Assembly: GCF_963921235.1 (NCBI RefSeq)
Contig: NC_086108.1
Span: forward strand, 29,514,001-29,578,000
Source: Mobula hypostoma
Lineage: Eukaryota
DNA length: 64,000 bases
Direction of reading: 5' to 3'
Below are positions 38,404 through 51,560 of the stretch, in pieces (the first letter of the stretch is position 1; each line of letters begins with the position of its first letter). The translations under genes and the position numbers were made by a program. The notes beneath the pieces are model-generated. The model saw only the letters and a list, made by a program, of their open reading frames with translations, was not told where the DNA came from and searched no databases.

Positions 38404-39130
38404 TACATGAACCGTGCTGACACCAGGATCCAGGTGAATCACAATAATGTACATGAACCAGGGTCCGGGTGAATCACAATAATGTACATGAACCGTGCTG
38501 ACACCAGGGTCCAGGTGAATCACAATAATGTACATGAACCAGGGTCTGGGTGAATCACAATAATGTACATGAACCGTGCTGACACCAGGGTCCGGGTGAA
38601 TCATAATAATGTACATGAACCGTGCTGACACCAGGGTCCAGGTGAATCACAATAATGTACATGAACCAGGGTCCGGGTGAATCACAATAATGTACATGAG
38701 CCATGCTGACACCAGGGTCCAGGTGAATCACAATAATGTACATGAACCATGCTGACACCAGGGTCCAGGTGAATCACAATAATGTACATGAACCAGGGTC
38801 CAGGTGAATCACAATAATGTACATGAACCAGGGTCCGGGTGAATCACAATAATGTACATGAACCGTGCTGACAGCAGGGTCCGGGTGAATCACAATAATG
38901 TACATGAACCGTGCTGACAGCAGGGTCCGGGTGAATCACAATAATGTGCATGAACCGTGCTGACACCAGGGTCTGGGTGAATCACAATAATGTACATGAA
39001 CCGTGCTGACACCAGGGTCCGGGTGAATCACAATAATGTACATGAACCGTGCTGACATCAGGGTCCAGGTGAATCACAATAATGTACATGAACCGTGCTG
39101 AGTCCAGCGTCCAGGTGAATCACAATAATA
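38404..39130. repeat. Two-unit minisatellite (46 bp and 35 bp), 17 units
   Basis: Long unit TACATGAACCGTGCTGACACCAGGGTCCRGGTGAATCACAATAATG; short unit lacks GTGCTGACACC; order L S L S L L S L L S S L L L L L L. Confidence 0.97.
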
Positions 39131-40451
39131 GGATAGGACTTTAAACTGAATGAAAGAAGGGCAGGTTCAACATATTGAAAACATATGGATAAAGTAAAAA
39201 GGAAGTGAGTGCAGGAGAGGTTACTGAAGCTTCTTGTATAATTTAGACACAGAAAGTTTAGAAACAATTGAGAATTTAACTCAGGCAACAATGGAAACAA
39301 AATTGAGAAGAGAGGGTTGAATGCAGGATTGAAAATGTTTTATTTGAACGCACACAGTATATAAAACAATTTAGATGAGTATATGGTGCATTAAGAAATT
39401 GACTTGTACAACTTTGTGGGTGTCTTCGAGTTGTGGCTGAAAGAAGATCACAGCTGGGAGCTTAACATCCACAGAAACACATACACACACACACAGTAAA
39501 GAAAGACAGTTGGGCAGAGGGAGTGAGGTGGCTGTGTTGGTAAAAAAAAATGAAATCAAATCCTGAGAAGGAAGTGACATACTAGTGGAAGATGTAGAAT
39601 GCTTGTTGGTAGAGCTAAGAAACTGCACAGGTGAAATGGCCCTGATGGTAACATACAGTATATAAGCCTCTGCATAGAAAAGACACGTAGGAGAGAAAAT
39701 GGTACAGTGGTCATGGGGAACTTCATTATGCAAACAGAGTGGAAAGATTAGGTTGAAATTCATTGTGGAAATAACAGGCAGGATAGATGAAGGTGAGTTA
39801 GTGGATGTTGGTGACCTGGATTTTCAGAAGGCTTCTCATATGGTGCCACACATGAGGCTGCTAAACAAGGTAAGCCCGTGTATTAACAAGTAAGGAGCTA
39901 GCCTGGATAGAAGATTGGCTGACTGACGGAAGGCAAAGAGTGGGAAAAAGGGAACCTTTCCTGGTTGGCTGCTGATGACTAGTGGTGTTTCTTACAGGCC
40001 GTTGTTGGGTCTGATATTCTTTATGATATACGTTAAAGGTTTGGATAGTGTGATTGAAAGTTATGTGGCCAAGTTTGTGGATAAGACAAAGATGGGTGGA
40101 GGAGCAGGTAATGTTGAGGAAGCAGGGAATCTTCAGAAGTACATGGACACATTGGGAGAATAACAAAGAAGGACTACAGTATAGGGAAGTGTATGGTCAT
40201 GCATTATAGTGGAAGGAATAAAGGCATAAACTATTTTCTAAATGGGGAGGTAATTGAGAAATCAGAAGTGAAAAGGGACTTGGGAATCCTAGCGCAGGAT
40301 CTACTAAAGGTTAACTTGAAGTTTGAGCTGGTAATAAGGAAGGCAAATGCAAAGTAACATTCATTTAAAGGGGGCTAGAATATAAAAGCAAAGATGTTAT
40401 GCTTTATAAGGTGTTGGTCAGACCACATTTGGAACATTGTGAGCAATTTTT

Positions 40452-40833
40452 GCTTGATAGAGGTGTTCAAAATTATGAGGGGGATTGATAGAATTGACGT
40501 GGATAGGCTTTTCCCATTGAGATTGGGGGAGATTCAAACAAGAGGACATGAGTTGAGAGTTAAAGGGCAAAAGTTTAGGGGTAACAAGAGGGGGAACTTC
40601 TTTAATCAGAGAGTGATAACTGTGTGGGACAAGCTTCCAGCAGAAGTGGTTGAGGCAGGTTCGATGTTGTCGTTTAAAGTTAAATTGGTTAGATATATGG
40701 ACAGGAAAGGAATGGAGGGTTATGGGCTGAGTGCAGTTTGGTGGGACTAGGTGAGAGTAAGAGTTCGGCATGGATTGGAAGGACCAAGATGGCCTTTTTC
40801 CGTGCTGTAATTGTTATATGGTTATATATGGTT
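40452..40833 (+). mobile_element. Younger CR1 3' end inserted into the older CR1
   Basis: LIEVFKIMRGIDR...TRGH...FFNQRVI; (TTATATGG)n tail; AATTTTT duplicated at 40445 and 40834. Confidence 0.8.
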
Positions 40834-41899
40834 AATTTTTAAGAAAGGATTTGCTAGCATTGGAGGGGGTCTTGAGGAGGTTTAAGAGACTGATCCTGGG
40901 AATGAAAGTGTTAGTGCATGTGGTGCATTTGATGGCTCTAGAGCTGTACCCACTGGAGTTTAGAATGATAAGGAGGGACCTCACTGAAACCTAGTGAATA
41001 TTGAAAGTCCTGTATTTAGTGGATGTGGAGAGGATGTTTTCAGAAGTAGAAAATTCAGTGGTCAGCGGGTACAGCTTCAGAATAACATTTTAGAATAGAT
41101 TGAGGAGGAATATTTGAAGTCAGAAGGCAATGAATCTGTGAAATTCATTACCACAGGTTCCTGTGGAGGCCAAGTCATTGGGTATATTTAAAGTGGAAGT
41201 TAATTAGTAGGAGTGTAAAGGTTATAGAAGAGAAGGAAGGAGAATGGGGCTGAGAGAGAAAAATAAATCAGTCATGATTGAATAGCAGACCTGACTTTGA
41301 TGGGCTGAATAACCTAATTCTGCTTCTCTGTCTTATGGTCTTAATTGCAGCCAAAGTCTTTCCAGGTTTGCTTTTTTTCTAACGTGTGCACTTGCTCAAT
41401 CGAACCTGTGGCCTAACGCTGATTCCTTCATCTTGCTGTTGACAGTAACTAGCTTCAAGTATTTCCCAACTTACAACATGATTTGTGCAAGCCATCACTT
41501 GATGTGTGCATCCCAGTAAAAGTATTAACAGACAAACCAAGGGATTTAGAAAAGAACCCGAGGCCAGAATACTCTGAGATTTTCTGGAGGCTGGGAGGCT
41601 GGATGCCTGCAGCAGCTAGAAAATACAGTGCTGTTTATTACCTGTTAGTATTCCATATGGTGAGTGTTGCTCACTTTCTTGTGGTGAATTACTAGCACAA
41701 TTAATCTAAACTGCAGAGGGTAATAGTTTGTCTCATCTGCTGCCATATTTGTAACCAGCCGGGGTGTCAGCTCCATCAGGTGGATAATTGCTGTGGTCTA
41801 ATTTTGACATTTTATTAATTTCAGGAATATTCTGCTCGGTTCCCAGCCATCTGGACCAAGTTGAATATCTTTGTTCTTACCACATTGTCAACCATTAAA

Positions 41900-42176
41900 C
41901 TGCAGCCAATAAATGTCATCTGTTCAGCCAATGAGTTGCACCAAATTTGTGACTGGGTATCACTGCAATAGTTAATGAGCTCCACTGCTTCAGCCAAAAT
42001 GAACAGTAATACTTCAGTCAGTGAGTTGCACTGTGTTCTTAGTTTTAATGTTTGTTCATCACCTAGTGAGTTTTACTGTGTCAGCTGATGAATAACAACT
42101 TTTTAGCCAATTTTGGGTTAAGTGTTAGTCTATGAGTCATCAGCCAATGCTTTGCCCTGCATCAGCCAATGAGTCA
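41900..42176. repeat. Degenerate ~22-bp tandem array with CCAAT motifs
   Basis: About 10 units approximating TCAGCCAATGAGTTGCACTGTG. Confidence 0.6.
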
Positions 42177-42179
42177 ATT

Positions 42180-44110
42180 AATCAAAGTAAATTTATTGCC
42201 AAAGTATATGTCACCATCTCTACCATTTTCTTGCCTGCATTTACAGGAAAATAAAGAAATACAATAGAATTTATAAAATACCATACATAAACAAAAGACA
42301 AACAATGTGCAAAGGTGTTCAAATAAAAAATAATTAATACTTAGAACGTGAGTTGTAGAGTGCCTTGAAAGTGAGTGTGTAGGTTGTGGAATCAGTTCAG
42401 AGATGAGGTGAGTGAAGTTACCAATACCAGTTCAGGAGCCTGATTGTTGTAGGGTGATAACTGTTCCTGAACCTGGTGGCATGGGACATAAGGTTCATGT
42501 ACCTCCTTTCTAATGGCAGTAGTGAGTAAAGAGCATGGCCTGGATAATTGGGGTCCTTGATGATGGATGCTGCATTCTTGTGGTAGCGCTCCTTGTAAAT
42601 GTGCTCAATGGTGGGGAGGGCTTTGCCTGTGTTGGACTGGGCTGTATCCACCACTTTCTGTAGACTTTTCCATTCCTGGAGAGTCAGGTTTCCGTCCCAG
42701 GCTGTAACACAACCATTTACGATACTTTCCACTGTGTATCTATAGAAGTTCGTCAACATTTTAGATGATAGGCTAAATCCACGTGAACATCTAGGAAAGT
42801 AAAGGGCTGTCGTGACTTCTTTGTGATGGCGCTTACATGCTGGTCCCAGTACAGATCCTCTGATGTGATAATGCCAAGGAATTTAAAGATACTGACCCTC
42901 TCCATCTCTGATCCCCTATTGAGGACTGGCTCATGGGCCTCCGGCTTCATCCTCTTATAGTCGATAGTCAGCTCTTTGATTTTGCTGATGTTGAGTGAGA
43001 GGTGGTTGTTGTGACACCATTCAATCAAATTTTCAATCTCCCTCTTATATGCCGATTTGACACCACCTTTGATTCAGCCAATGACAGTGGCGTTGTCAGC
43101 AAATGTAAATATGGCATTGGAGCTGTATGTAGCCACACAATCATACATATAAAGCCTATAGAGCAGGAGACTAAGCACACAGCCCTCTGGAGTACCTGTA
43201 CTGAAAAAGATGTTGCCAATCCGTACTGACTGGGGTCTGCTAGTGGAGAAATTGAGGATCCAGTTGCACAGGAAAGTATCAAGGCCTAAGTCTTGGAGCT
43301 TAGAGATTAATTTCGAGGGGATGATAGTATTGAATGCCAAGCTGTATTCAGTGAAGAATATCCTAATGTATCTTCATTCTCCAGATATTTCAGAGCTGAA
43401 CGACAGGCCAAAGAAATGACATCTGCTGTTGACCTGTTGTGACAGTAGGCAAAGTGGAGTGGATCCAGGTCACTCCTCCAGCAGGAGTTGATATACTTCA
43501 TGACCAGCTTCTCAAAGCACTTTATCACAGTGAATGTAAGTGCTACTGGGCAATAGTCATTGAAGCAGATTGCCACATTCTTCCTGGACACCAGTATGAT
43601 TGAAGCAGTTAGGTACCTCAGACTAACAAAGCAAGAGTTTGATGATGTTCGAAACACTCCAGCCAGTTTATTAGCAGATGTCTTCAGTCCCTGGCCAGGT
43701 ACACCATCTGGGCTAAATTCTTTGCATGGATTCACCTTCCTGAAGCATGCTTCTACTTTGGCCTCAGAGCTGGAAATCACAGCGTCGTTGTGGACTGTCA
43801 GGGTCCGTGAAGGTACCTCCATTATTCTGTCAGTCAAGGTGAGCAAAACCTTGTTTATATTGCCTGACTTTGCTTTGGCATGATGGTCTTCAAGCCCTGC
43901 GACAGCGTGCTTCTGTGATTTAAGTTTAGTCTGGAATTGCCACCTTGCACGTGAGTTGGCTTTCCAGAGGTCAGAGCAGAACCTCTTGTACAGTCCTGGA
44001 TCACCAGTCCTGATCCAGTCCTATCTAGCCCTCAGCAGATTTATGAATCGCTTGGTTCTTCCAGGACTTCAGGGTGGGGAAGAATCTAAATGACTTTGTA
44101 GTGACACTGC
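42180..44110 (-). mobile_element. Decayed Rex1-like LINE (RT region to 3' tail)
   Basis: DYCPVALT...CFEKLV...[52 protein letters not shown]. Confidence 0.85.
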
Positions 44111-44639
44111 ATTTGTCACTAGATTGTGCAGTGTGAAAACCAGTGAGCTGCAGCTCCATGCAGTGGGCTGTGTTATGTCAACCTGTGACTTATACAGTTA
44201 GATAGCAAGTTGAGGACAGCTTGTGACTGACCAAACAGATACATGGAAACTGTAACTGGGAGAGCTCGAAGTTTGTATTCAAAACGGCAGATCATCTGAA
44301 GAGTATCTAGTTCACTTCTCCTGACACAATGCTTGACACCTTTCTCAACACAAAAAGAAACAATAAACAATTAACTACAGTTTCAATGGCTATAATTATC
44401 ATTTTGAATAGAGGCAGGTGATTTTGCAGAATTACATATTTACATTGGTAGCACATCCTAACCGCTCTGAATATTCAATGCTGGTGGCTGGAGCAAAAAC
44501 TGATGAAGACAAACTTCAGACACGCTTTCTGTTACAGTGGAGAGGGATGGCCAGGCAATTTGCATTCAGCTGAGGGCCAGGCCTGTGGGATTCAAGACCA
44601 TCCATAAACCTAAAAGAAGTCCAGGTACAACCTAGGGTA

Positions 44640-46320
44640 GGCAATCGAACCTCTCACTGCTATAGTCGGAGGTTCCCACCTGCTTCAAAAGGGCAGCAAT
44701 CATACCAGTGCCCAAAAAGGATAAGGATAGCCTCTTCAATTACTACGATACAGTAGCACTCTCACCTGCTGTGACGAAGCGCTTTGAGAGGTTGGTCGTG
44801 GCTAGAATTAACTCCTGCCTAAGTATGGACCTGGATGCCTGACGCCACTATAGGTCTGCAGTGAATGCAATCTTGCTGACCTTCCAATTGGCCTTTGAAC
44901 ACCTGAATGACACCAATACCTACGTCAGGCTGCTGTTTATTGTTCACAGCTCAGTATTCAACACCACCATCCTCTTGTAAGTAATCAATAAGCTTCAAAA
45001 CCTGGACCTCAATGTCACCCTCTGCCACTGGATTCTTGACTTCCTCATCGGGAGACCACAGTCAGTGCAGATTGGAAAAAATCATCTCCTCCTTGCTGAC
45101 AATCTATGCATACTCACCTCAAGGGTGTGCCCGCTGCTCTATTCTCTTTACACTCATGTCTGTGTATCTAGACCCAACTCAAACTCCATCTATAAATTTG
45201 ACGATGACACCAATGTTGTTACCAGAATCTCAGATGGAGACGAGGAGGCATACAAGAGTGAGCTAGAACAGCTGGTTGAGTTGTGTCACAACAACCTTGC
45301 ACTCCACATCAGTAAGACGAAGGAATTTACTGTGGTCTTCAGGAAGCGGAGATTGGAGAAGTTCTCATCAGGGGTCAGCAGTGGAAAGTGTGAACAGCTT
45401 CAAATTCCTGGATGTCAACAACTCTGAAGATCAATCCTGGGCCCAACATATTGATGCAATTCCAAAGTGGCTGTTTTTCATTGGGAGTTTAAGAAGATTT
45501 GATATGACACCAAAACCCCTAGCAAATTTTTACAGTTGCACTGTGGAAAGCATTCTGACTGGTTGGATCGCCATCTGATTTGGATGCACCAATGCTCAGG
45601 ATCGGGAAAAGCTGCAGAAGGTAATACACTCATCCAGCTCTATCATGGGCACTGGCCGCCCCACCATCGAGGACATCTTCAAAAGGCGAAATCTCAAAAA
45701 GATATCATCCACCATTAAGGACGTTCACCATCCAGAACATGGTGTCATCTCACTATTACCATTGCAGAAGAGACACAAGAGCCTGGAGACACACACTATA
45801 CATTTTAGGAACAGCTTCTTCCCCTCTGCTATCAGATTTCTGAACAGTCCATGAATCCATGAATATTACTTCACTATTTTTCACTCTTCTTGCACTACCT
45901 CTTTTTATTTATATATTTATTTGTTTGTTTATTCAGTGGTACACCATGGAGTAGCCCCTCCTGGCCCGTTGAGCTATGCTGCCCCAGCAACCCTTTAACA
46001 TAAGCACAAGACAATTCACAATGACTACTTAACCTACTAACCGATACGTCTTTGGATGGTGGGAGGGAACCTGGATCACCTGGAGGAAACCTCACATTCC
46101 ATGGGTAGGACGTACAAACTCCTTACAGACGATGCCAGGATTGAACTCCCAACTCTGACACTCTGAGCTCTAATAGAGTCACACTAATTGCTATGCTATA
46201 TTTATATTTCTCATTGCCTTAAATTAATTTTTTTATGTATTGCACTGTACTGCTGCCACAAAACAAAACATTTTACAACTTATGTCAGTGATAATAAATC
46301 TGACCCTGATTCTGAACCTA
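44640..46320 (+). mobile_element. Decayed Rex1-like LINE with a V-SINE (minus strand, ~45905-46200) in its 3' UTR
   Basis: [22 protein letters not shown] and FRNSFFPSAIR peptides; tail AATAAATCTGACCCTGATTCTGA. Confidence 0.8.
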
Positions 46321-46974
46321 ACCGAAATATTAACTATCTTTTACCCCACGCAACTAGTCTGAACGTGATTTCTTTGTTGATTTTGGCTGTACCTTTGGTA
46401 GTAACTGACTCAATGCGCTTTAAAATGTTTGTGTCGTTAGCTGCCAATGAGTCCTCTGCCAGTGGAAATATCAGCAGGTTTCTTCCTGCAGTATAAATGC
46501 TACCTTAATGACTGACTAGGAAAGTGGAACCACTATTAGTTCCTACAGGGGAGTGAACCCCTGCAGGATGTAATGAGAACTGGCAAATGACCAAATGTGA
46601 CACGCATTGTTATAGTCACAGCATTGTTTAGAAATGCCCCAGGCACATGCAAATAATTACAAATGCAATGAGTCTGAAAACACTCTATGTTGGTGGGGAG
46701 TGAGAAATGTGGAGAGACCTTTTCAGACATTGATCTGCAACGTTAACTGTTTCTCTCTTCATAGGTGTTATTTTCAGCATGATTTGCTTGAACTGTAGAT
46801 TTGCAACATCTGTAGTACTTTTCGTAATGTCATAAAGAGAGATTTCAGCTCACACCAGTCAAGATTTACAGATTGCCTATTTATGTTAATGGTTTTGAAA
46901 ATATTTGTGAGTCTTGCAGTAAGTCACATTAATGTGCTTTTCATTTCTGAATTAAAACAAATAGGGTTTTGAAG

Positions 46975-48440
46975 TTTATCAGGACTGGAAAGGAAATGGG
47001 AAGGTACCAGTGAAAAAAGGTGTGCTGGGAGGGGGGGGGGTAGGGAAGGAGGACAAGCTAGAAGGTGGTAGGTGAAGCCAGGGTGGGAAAGGTAAAGGGC
47101 CGAAGGAATCTGATAGGAGAGAATAGTGGATGATGGGAGAAAGGGAAGGAGGAGGGGCACCGGGGGAGGTGGTAGGCAAGTGAGAAGAAGAGATAGGAGG
47201 CCAGAGTGGAGTATAGCAGAAGAGGGAAGGGGGAGGGGAAAAGAAAAAAAAATGCCTGAAGGAGAAATTGATGTTCATGCTATCAGGTTGGAGGCTGTCC
47301 AGGTGGAATATGAGGTATTGCTCCTTTACCCTGAGAGTGACCTCATCGTGGCAGAAGAGGAGGAAATGGACTGACATGTCGGAACATGAATGGGGATAAG
47401 AATTAAAATGCTCGGCGACTAGGAAATTTTGCTTTTGGCGGATGGAGTGGCAATGCTTGACAAAGTACTCCCCCAGTTTGTGTCAGGTTTCATCAATATG
47501 GAGGCCATATTTGGAGCACAGGATATGATAGATGATGCCAACAGATTTGGAGCTGAAGTGTTGTCTCACTTGAAAGGGCTGTTTGGGGCTGAATGGAGAT
47601 ATTTAGCATTTCTCATTTGTCAGGATATGAGCCAGGAGGAAGATTAGTGGGGAACAACGAATGGACAAGGTAATCATGGAGGGAGAAATCCCTGCAGAAA
47701 ACACAGAATGGTGGGGAGAAGTAAAGATGTGTTTGGTGGTAGGGTCTCTTGAAGATGGCAGAAATTGCAGAGAATTATGCGTTGGATGCGAAGGCTCATG
47801 GGGTGGTAGATGAGGACGAGGAGCTCTATTCCTGTTAAGATAGCTGCAAGAAGGGGTGAGTGTGGATGGCCAGGAAATGGAGGAGATGCAGGTGAGGGCA
47901 GCATTAATGGCGGAGGAAGGGAGACTCTGTTCTTTGAAGAAGGAGGACATCTGGAAAAGAAAGCCGCACACTGGGAACAGATGCTGTGGGGGTGAAAGAA
48001 CTGAGAAATGGCAATAGCATTTTTATGGGAGACAGTGTTGGGAGAAGTATAGTTATGAGAACCATGGGAATCAGTAGGCTTATAAATAATGTGGGTAGAT
48101 AGTTTATTTCCAGAGATTGAGAAAGGAGAGGGAGGTGCCAGAAATGGACCAAGCGAATTTAAAGGCAGGGCAGAAGTTGGAGGCAAAATTGATCAAATTG
48201 ACAAGCTCAGCATGGCTGCACCAATGCATTTGTCAGTGTAGTGTATGATGAGTTGGGGAGCATCACTAGTGAAGGCTTAGAACATGGACTGTTCCACAAA
48301 AAGGTTGGCATAGGTTTGGCTCATGCAGATGCCCATGGCTACCCTTTGAGTTTGGAGAAAGTGGAAGGAAGGAGCTTTTGAGGGTGAGTACCAGTTCTGC
48401 CACATGGGTGGTGGAGGCAACTGGTTGGATCTGTTGAAGA
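46975..48440 (-). mobile_element. Decayed Penelope-like element (RT + GIY-YIG + pLTR)
   Basis: FLQTQRVAMG..M...YANLFV, YKPTDSH, AIAISQF, CHDEVTLRVKEQYLIF; ends inside the hammerhead start CAGTCCTGATA. Confidence 0.85.
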
Positions 48441-49063
48441 GATTGTCCCAATTAACCAGAATCCACAGTACCCTACTGCTTTGTGCAATAGTCAACTTAG
48501 ACTTCCAGTATTTAAACCTGGGACAGGTGAAGATGTGAAAAGGTGTCTGAGCAGCCGAATACAAACAATGAAAGCTGATTTTCACTGTTTAATGATTGTT
48601 GATTTTGGGTTAAGTTGAGTGTTATGTCAACTCAGCAGATAGAATGAAGATCTACTCAACTGAATTGACAGAATGAAGATCTACTTAACTGGTGGTCAGA
48701 ATTAAGAAGTCTCAAAAGTGTCACACTGAAGGACTTGCCTTTTTTTTTAGCTAGTTGCTGTTATGAAATTAATAAATGAATCTTGTTCAGGACAGTACAA
48801 TGTAGTTACCTTTTCTGAGTGTTGGGAAGCACCATGAGGGAAGGCTGAAAAGTTTGCACTCACATTGGATAACTAATGGCCTGATGAACCAGCCAGCAGC
48901 TTAGTTTGCAAAGGTTTAGTATTACTGGAGTATTCACTGATAGAACCACTGAAAAGAATCAATGAAGGTACATGGCAACGTGAGCAGAGAGGAAGTGTTT
49001 CTCAGCGTAAGACAATAGCAATATGTGGCGTGAAGGACATTTGAGCTATTGTGTACATTGCTA

Positions 49064-49287
49064 TGTTATGCAACTCCAGAAACGCAGCAAAAGAAAAAAA
49101 ACACAGAAGCAAAGAAATCTGCCTACTTAGTTTTTCTTTCCTTTTAGAGAGATGCTCACATATGACATGCATCATTCATGTCCTTCTTACATATAAGACA
49201 TAATGAATTATTTATGCAAACAAAGAATACTTAATCAAACAATATATTTTCAATATTACTAAAATATTATTGAAATATTAAATACAC
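49064..49287 (-). mobile_element. Short solo-LTR-like element
   Basis: TGTTATG start, AT-rich body ending AAATACAC; one terminus eroded and TSD not clear. Confidence 0.4.
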
Positions 49288-49289
49288 TG

Positions 49290-49560
49290 CCTCGTGGGTA
49301 GCCTCAGGAGAGACAAAGTCTATGGGAATAAACACTCAGACAGAAGTCCAGGGTGGAACCCCTCAGGTGGTTGGACATCACTGATCATCCTTCCACACCT
49401 CCTGCTTCCAACCTGGTGGCAAGTGTATTGCTTCACTTTCCTTCAGACCACATCGGTGAGGCCGAGAGGGGGATCTTGATATCTGGGAATCCCAGGATCT
49501 CCATACCTTCTGTCCAAGCTTGTGTCCTGGTGAGGTCACTCCAGTGCTACTACTCCATTG
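49290..49560 (+). mobile_element. RTE-like 5' region fragment
   Basis: Recognised by motif only (GGAACCCCTCAGGTGGTTGGAC...GGTGAGGCCGAGAGGGGG). Confidence 0.35.
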
Positions 49561-49909
49561 TCTTTCGAGACAAATGGACGCCATCACCATCATTAAATAC
49601 ACCACATACGTGTCAAGCCAAGATGCACTTCCCAACTCTTGGTCTCTTTAAGTATTGAAGAGACACTGAAACCGTGAACACAACTTCATTACTTTTTAAT
49701 TTCTCTTTTTGCACTACTTATTCAATTTAACTATTTAATATATACGTACTTACAATAATACAGTTTTTTCTCTATTTTATATTACATTGTACCCCTGTTG
49801 CAAAGTCAACAAATTTCTTGACATATGCCGATGATAGGAAGCCTGATTCAGATGCTGATTCATCCAGATACTCACTAAGTGTTAGAGTTGTCTGCTTTCA
49901 TCACGTTTT

Positions 49910-50210
49910 AAAACATAGAACAATACAGCACAGGAACAGGTCCTTCGGCCCATTATGTCTGTGATGACCATGATGCCAATTTAAACTATTCCCATCTACC
50001 TGCACATGGACCATATGCCTCCAATCCCTGTTTACGTGACTCTCTAAACGCCTCTCAAACATTGCCATCACACGCCCTTTCAACACTTCTTCTGTCGGTA
50101 CATTCCTGGCACCTTTCACTCTCTTTGTTTAAAAAAACTGCCTTGACAATCTCCTTTAAACTTTCCCCTTTCACTTTAAACATATACCCTGTAATATTTA
50201 ACGCAAAATG
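49910..50210 (-). mobile_element. CR1 3' end fragment
   Basis: Reverse tail AAACATAGAACAATACAGCACAGGAACAGG. Confidence 0.65.
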
Positions 50211-50592
50211 TTGAACACCAGACATCCCCACCACCCTCTCATTGAGTGAAGTCATTCTTTTTTGTTCTCATCTAATCTTTCTGCCAACTAATACTGCATA
50301 AATCTATGTTCCATACCTACATTTTTTTTCTCTAAGAGAGGGATAGGAATGTAGTTGAGGTAACCTGGCCAGCCATGATTTACTGAATAATGGAGCCTGC
50401 TCCTGCTCTTAGTACATTTCTATGTTTTATGGAATGGGTGTCATCTCAGCTTTTGGGATGGTCCTTCATTTTCAAGGTCAAGCAAAGACAGATGAAAATT
50501 GGGGTGCTGTAGGTGTTGAAAGCTGACATACTTAAATTCTCACAATGCGCTGGAGGAACTCAGCAGGTCAGTCAGCATCAGTTGAAAAGATT

Positions 50593-50628
50593 AATCGACG
50601 TTTCGGGCTGAAACCCTTCGTTAGGACT
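50593..50628 (-). ncRNA. Minimal type I hammerhead motif with core variant CUAACGA
   Basis: agtc-CTAACGA-aggg tttcag ccc-GAA-ACGT-C-gatt; palindromic ACGU helix III; G5 is replaced by A. Confidence 0.6.
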
Positions 50629-50811
50629 GAAGGAAGAACTTTGGGGAGGGTTTGAAGAATGCTGGTAGTTGAAAAAAACAGTAATTTTTAAGACAAAGGG
50701 GTGGGGGAAGGGGAAGCAGGGAGGTGACTGGCAGGAGAACAATAGTAGAAGGAGGCGGAACAATGAGGGAGGTGATGCGAAATAGGGATAGGGGAAGGGA
50801 GGGGGAGGGAA

Positions 50812-51210
50812 TTACCGGAAATTGGAGAATTCTATGTTCATACCAAGGGGCTGGAGACTACCTAGATGGTATATGAGGTGTTGCTCCTCCAACCTGAGCT
50901 TAGCCTCATCATGGCAGTAGAGGAGGCCATGAATAGACATATCTGAATGGGAATGGGAAGCAGAGTTGAAGTGGGTGGCTACCGGGAGATCCTGTCTGTT
51001 GTGGCGGATGGAGTGGAGGTGCTCGATGAAGCGGTCCCCCAATCTGCGTCGGGTTTCACCGATGTAGAGGAGGCCGCACCGGGAGCACCGGATGCAATAG
51101 ATGACCCCAACAGATTCGCAAGTGAAGTGTTGCCTCACCTGGAAGGACTGTTTGGGGCCCTGAATGGTGGCAAGAGAGGAGGTGTAGGGACCGGTGTAGC
51201 ACTTACGCAT
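50812..51210 (-). pseudogene. Penelope GIY-YIG endonuclease domain (no RT)
   Basis: GVIYCIRCSRCGLLYIGETRRRLGDRFIEH...VATHFN...RLEEQHLI...GMN; open across the domain, upstream part frameshifted and truncated. Confidence 0.9.
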
Positions 51211-51528
51211 ACAGGGATAAGTGCCGGTGGGAGATCCGTGGGGATGGATGTGCGGATAAGTGAGTCGCGGAGGGATCGATCCTTTATATACCGTCTAGGT
51301 AGGCTCCAGCCCCTTGGTATGAACATAGAATTCTTCAACTTCTGGTAATTTCCTCCCCCTCCCTTCCTCTATCCCTATTTCACATCACCTCCCTCATAGT
51401 TCCGCCTCCTTCTACTATTGTTCTCCTGCCAGTCACCTCCCTGCTTCCCCTCCCCCACCCTTGTCCTAAAAATTACTGTTTTTTTCAACTACCAGCATTC
51501 TTCAAACCCTCCCCAAAGTTCTTCCTTC

Positions 51529-51560
51529 AGTCCTAAGGGTTTCAGCCCGAAACGTCGATT
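51529..51560 (+). ncRNA. Second hammerhead motif copy with a 4-nt core deletion
   Basis: agtc-CTA-agggtttcagccc-GAAACGTC-gatt. Confidence 0.45.

Larger units (their letters stand above)
37983..41340 (+). mobile_element. Long decayed CR1 LINE (ORF1 esterase remnant, EN, RT, 3' tail)
   Basis: ORF1-like VVIG.../GTN/DG..N segments; EN start YLNAHSI; GRGSEVAVLVK; RT DVGDLDFQKA, AKFVDKTK; tail TCTTATGGTCTT. Confidence 0.8.

Noticed and set aside
38404..39130. CRISPR-like appearance of regularly spaced repeats
   Set aside because: Units are contiguous with no unique spacers, there are no cas genes and the context is eukaryotic; it is a minisatellite.
47020..47255. G-rich purine tract as a dedicated G-quadruplex element
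   Set aside because: It is the reverse complement of the standard pyrimidine-rich Penelope 3' region seen in other copies.
48641..48692. 29-bp two-copy duplication
   Set aside because: Ordinary local tandem duplication with no further structure.
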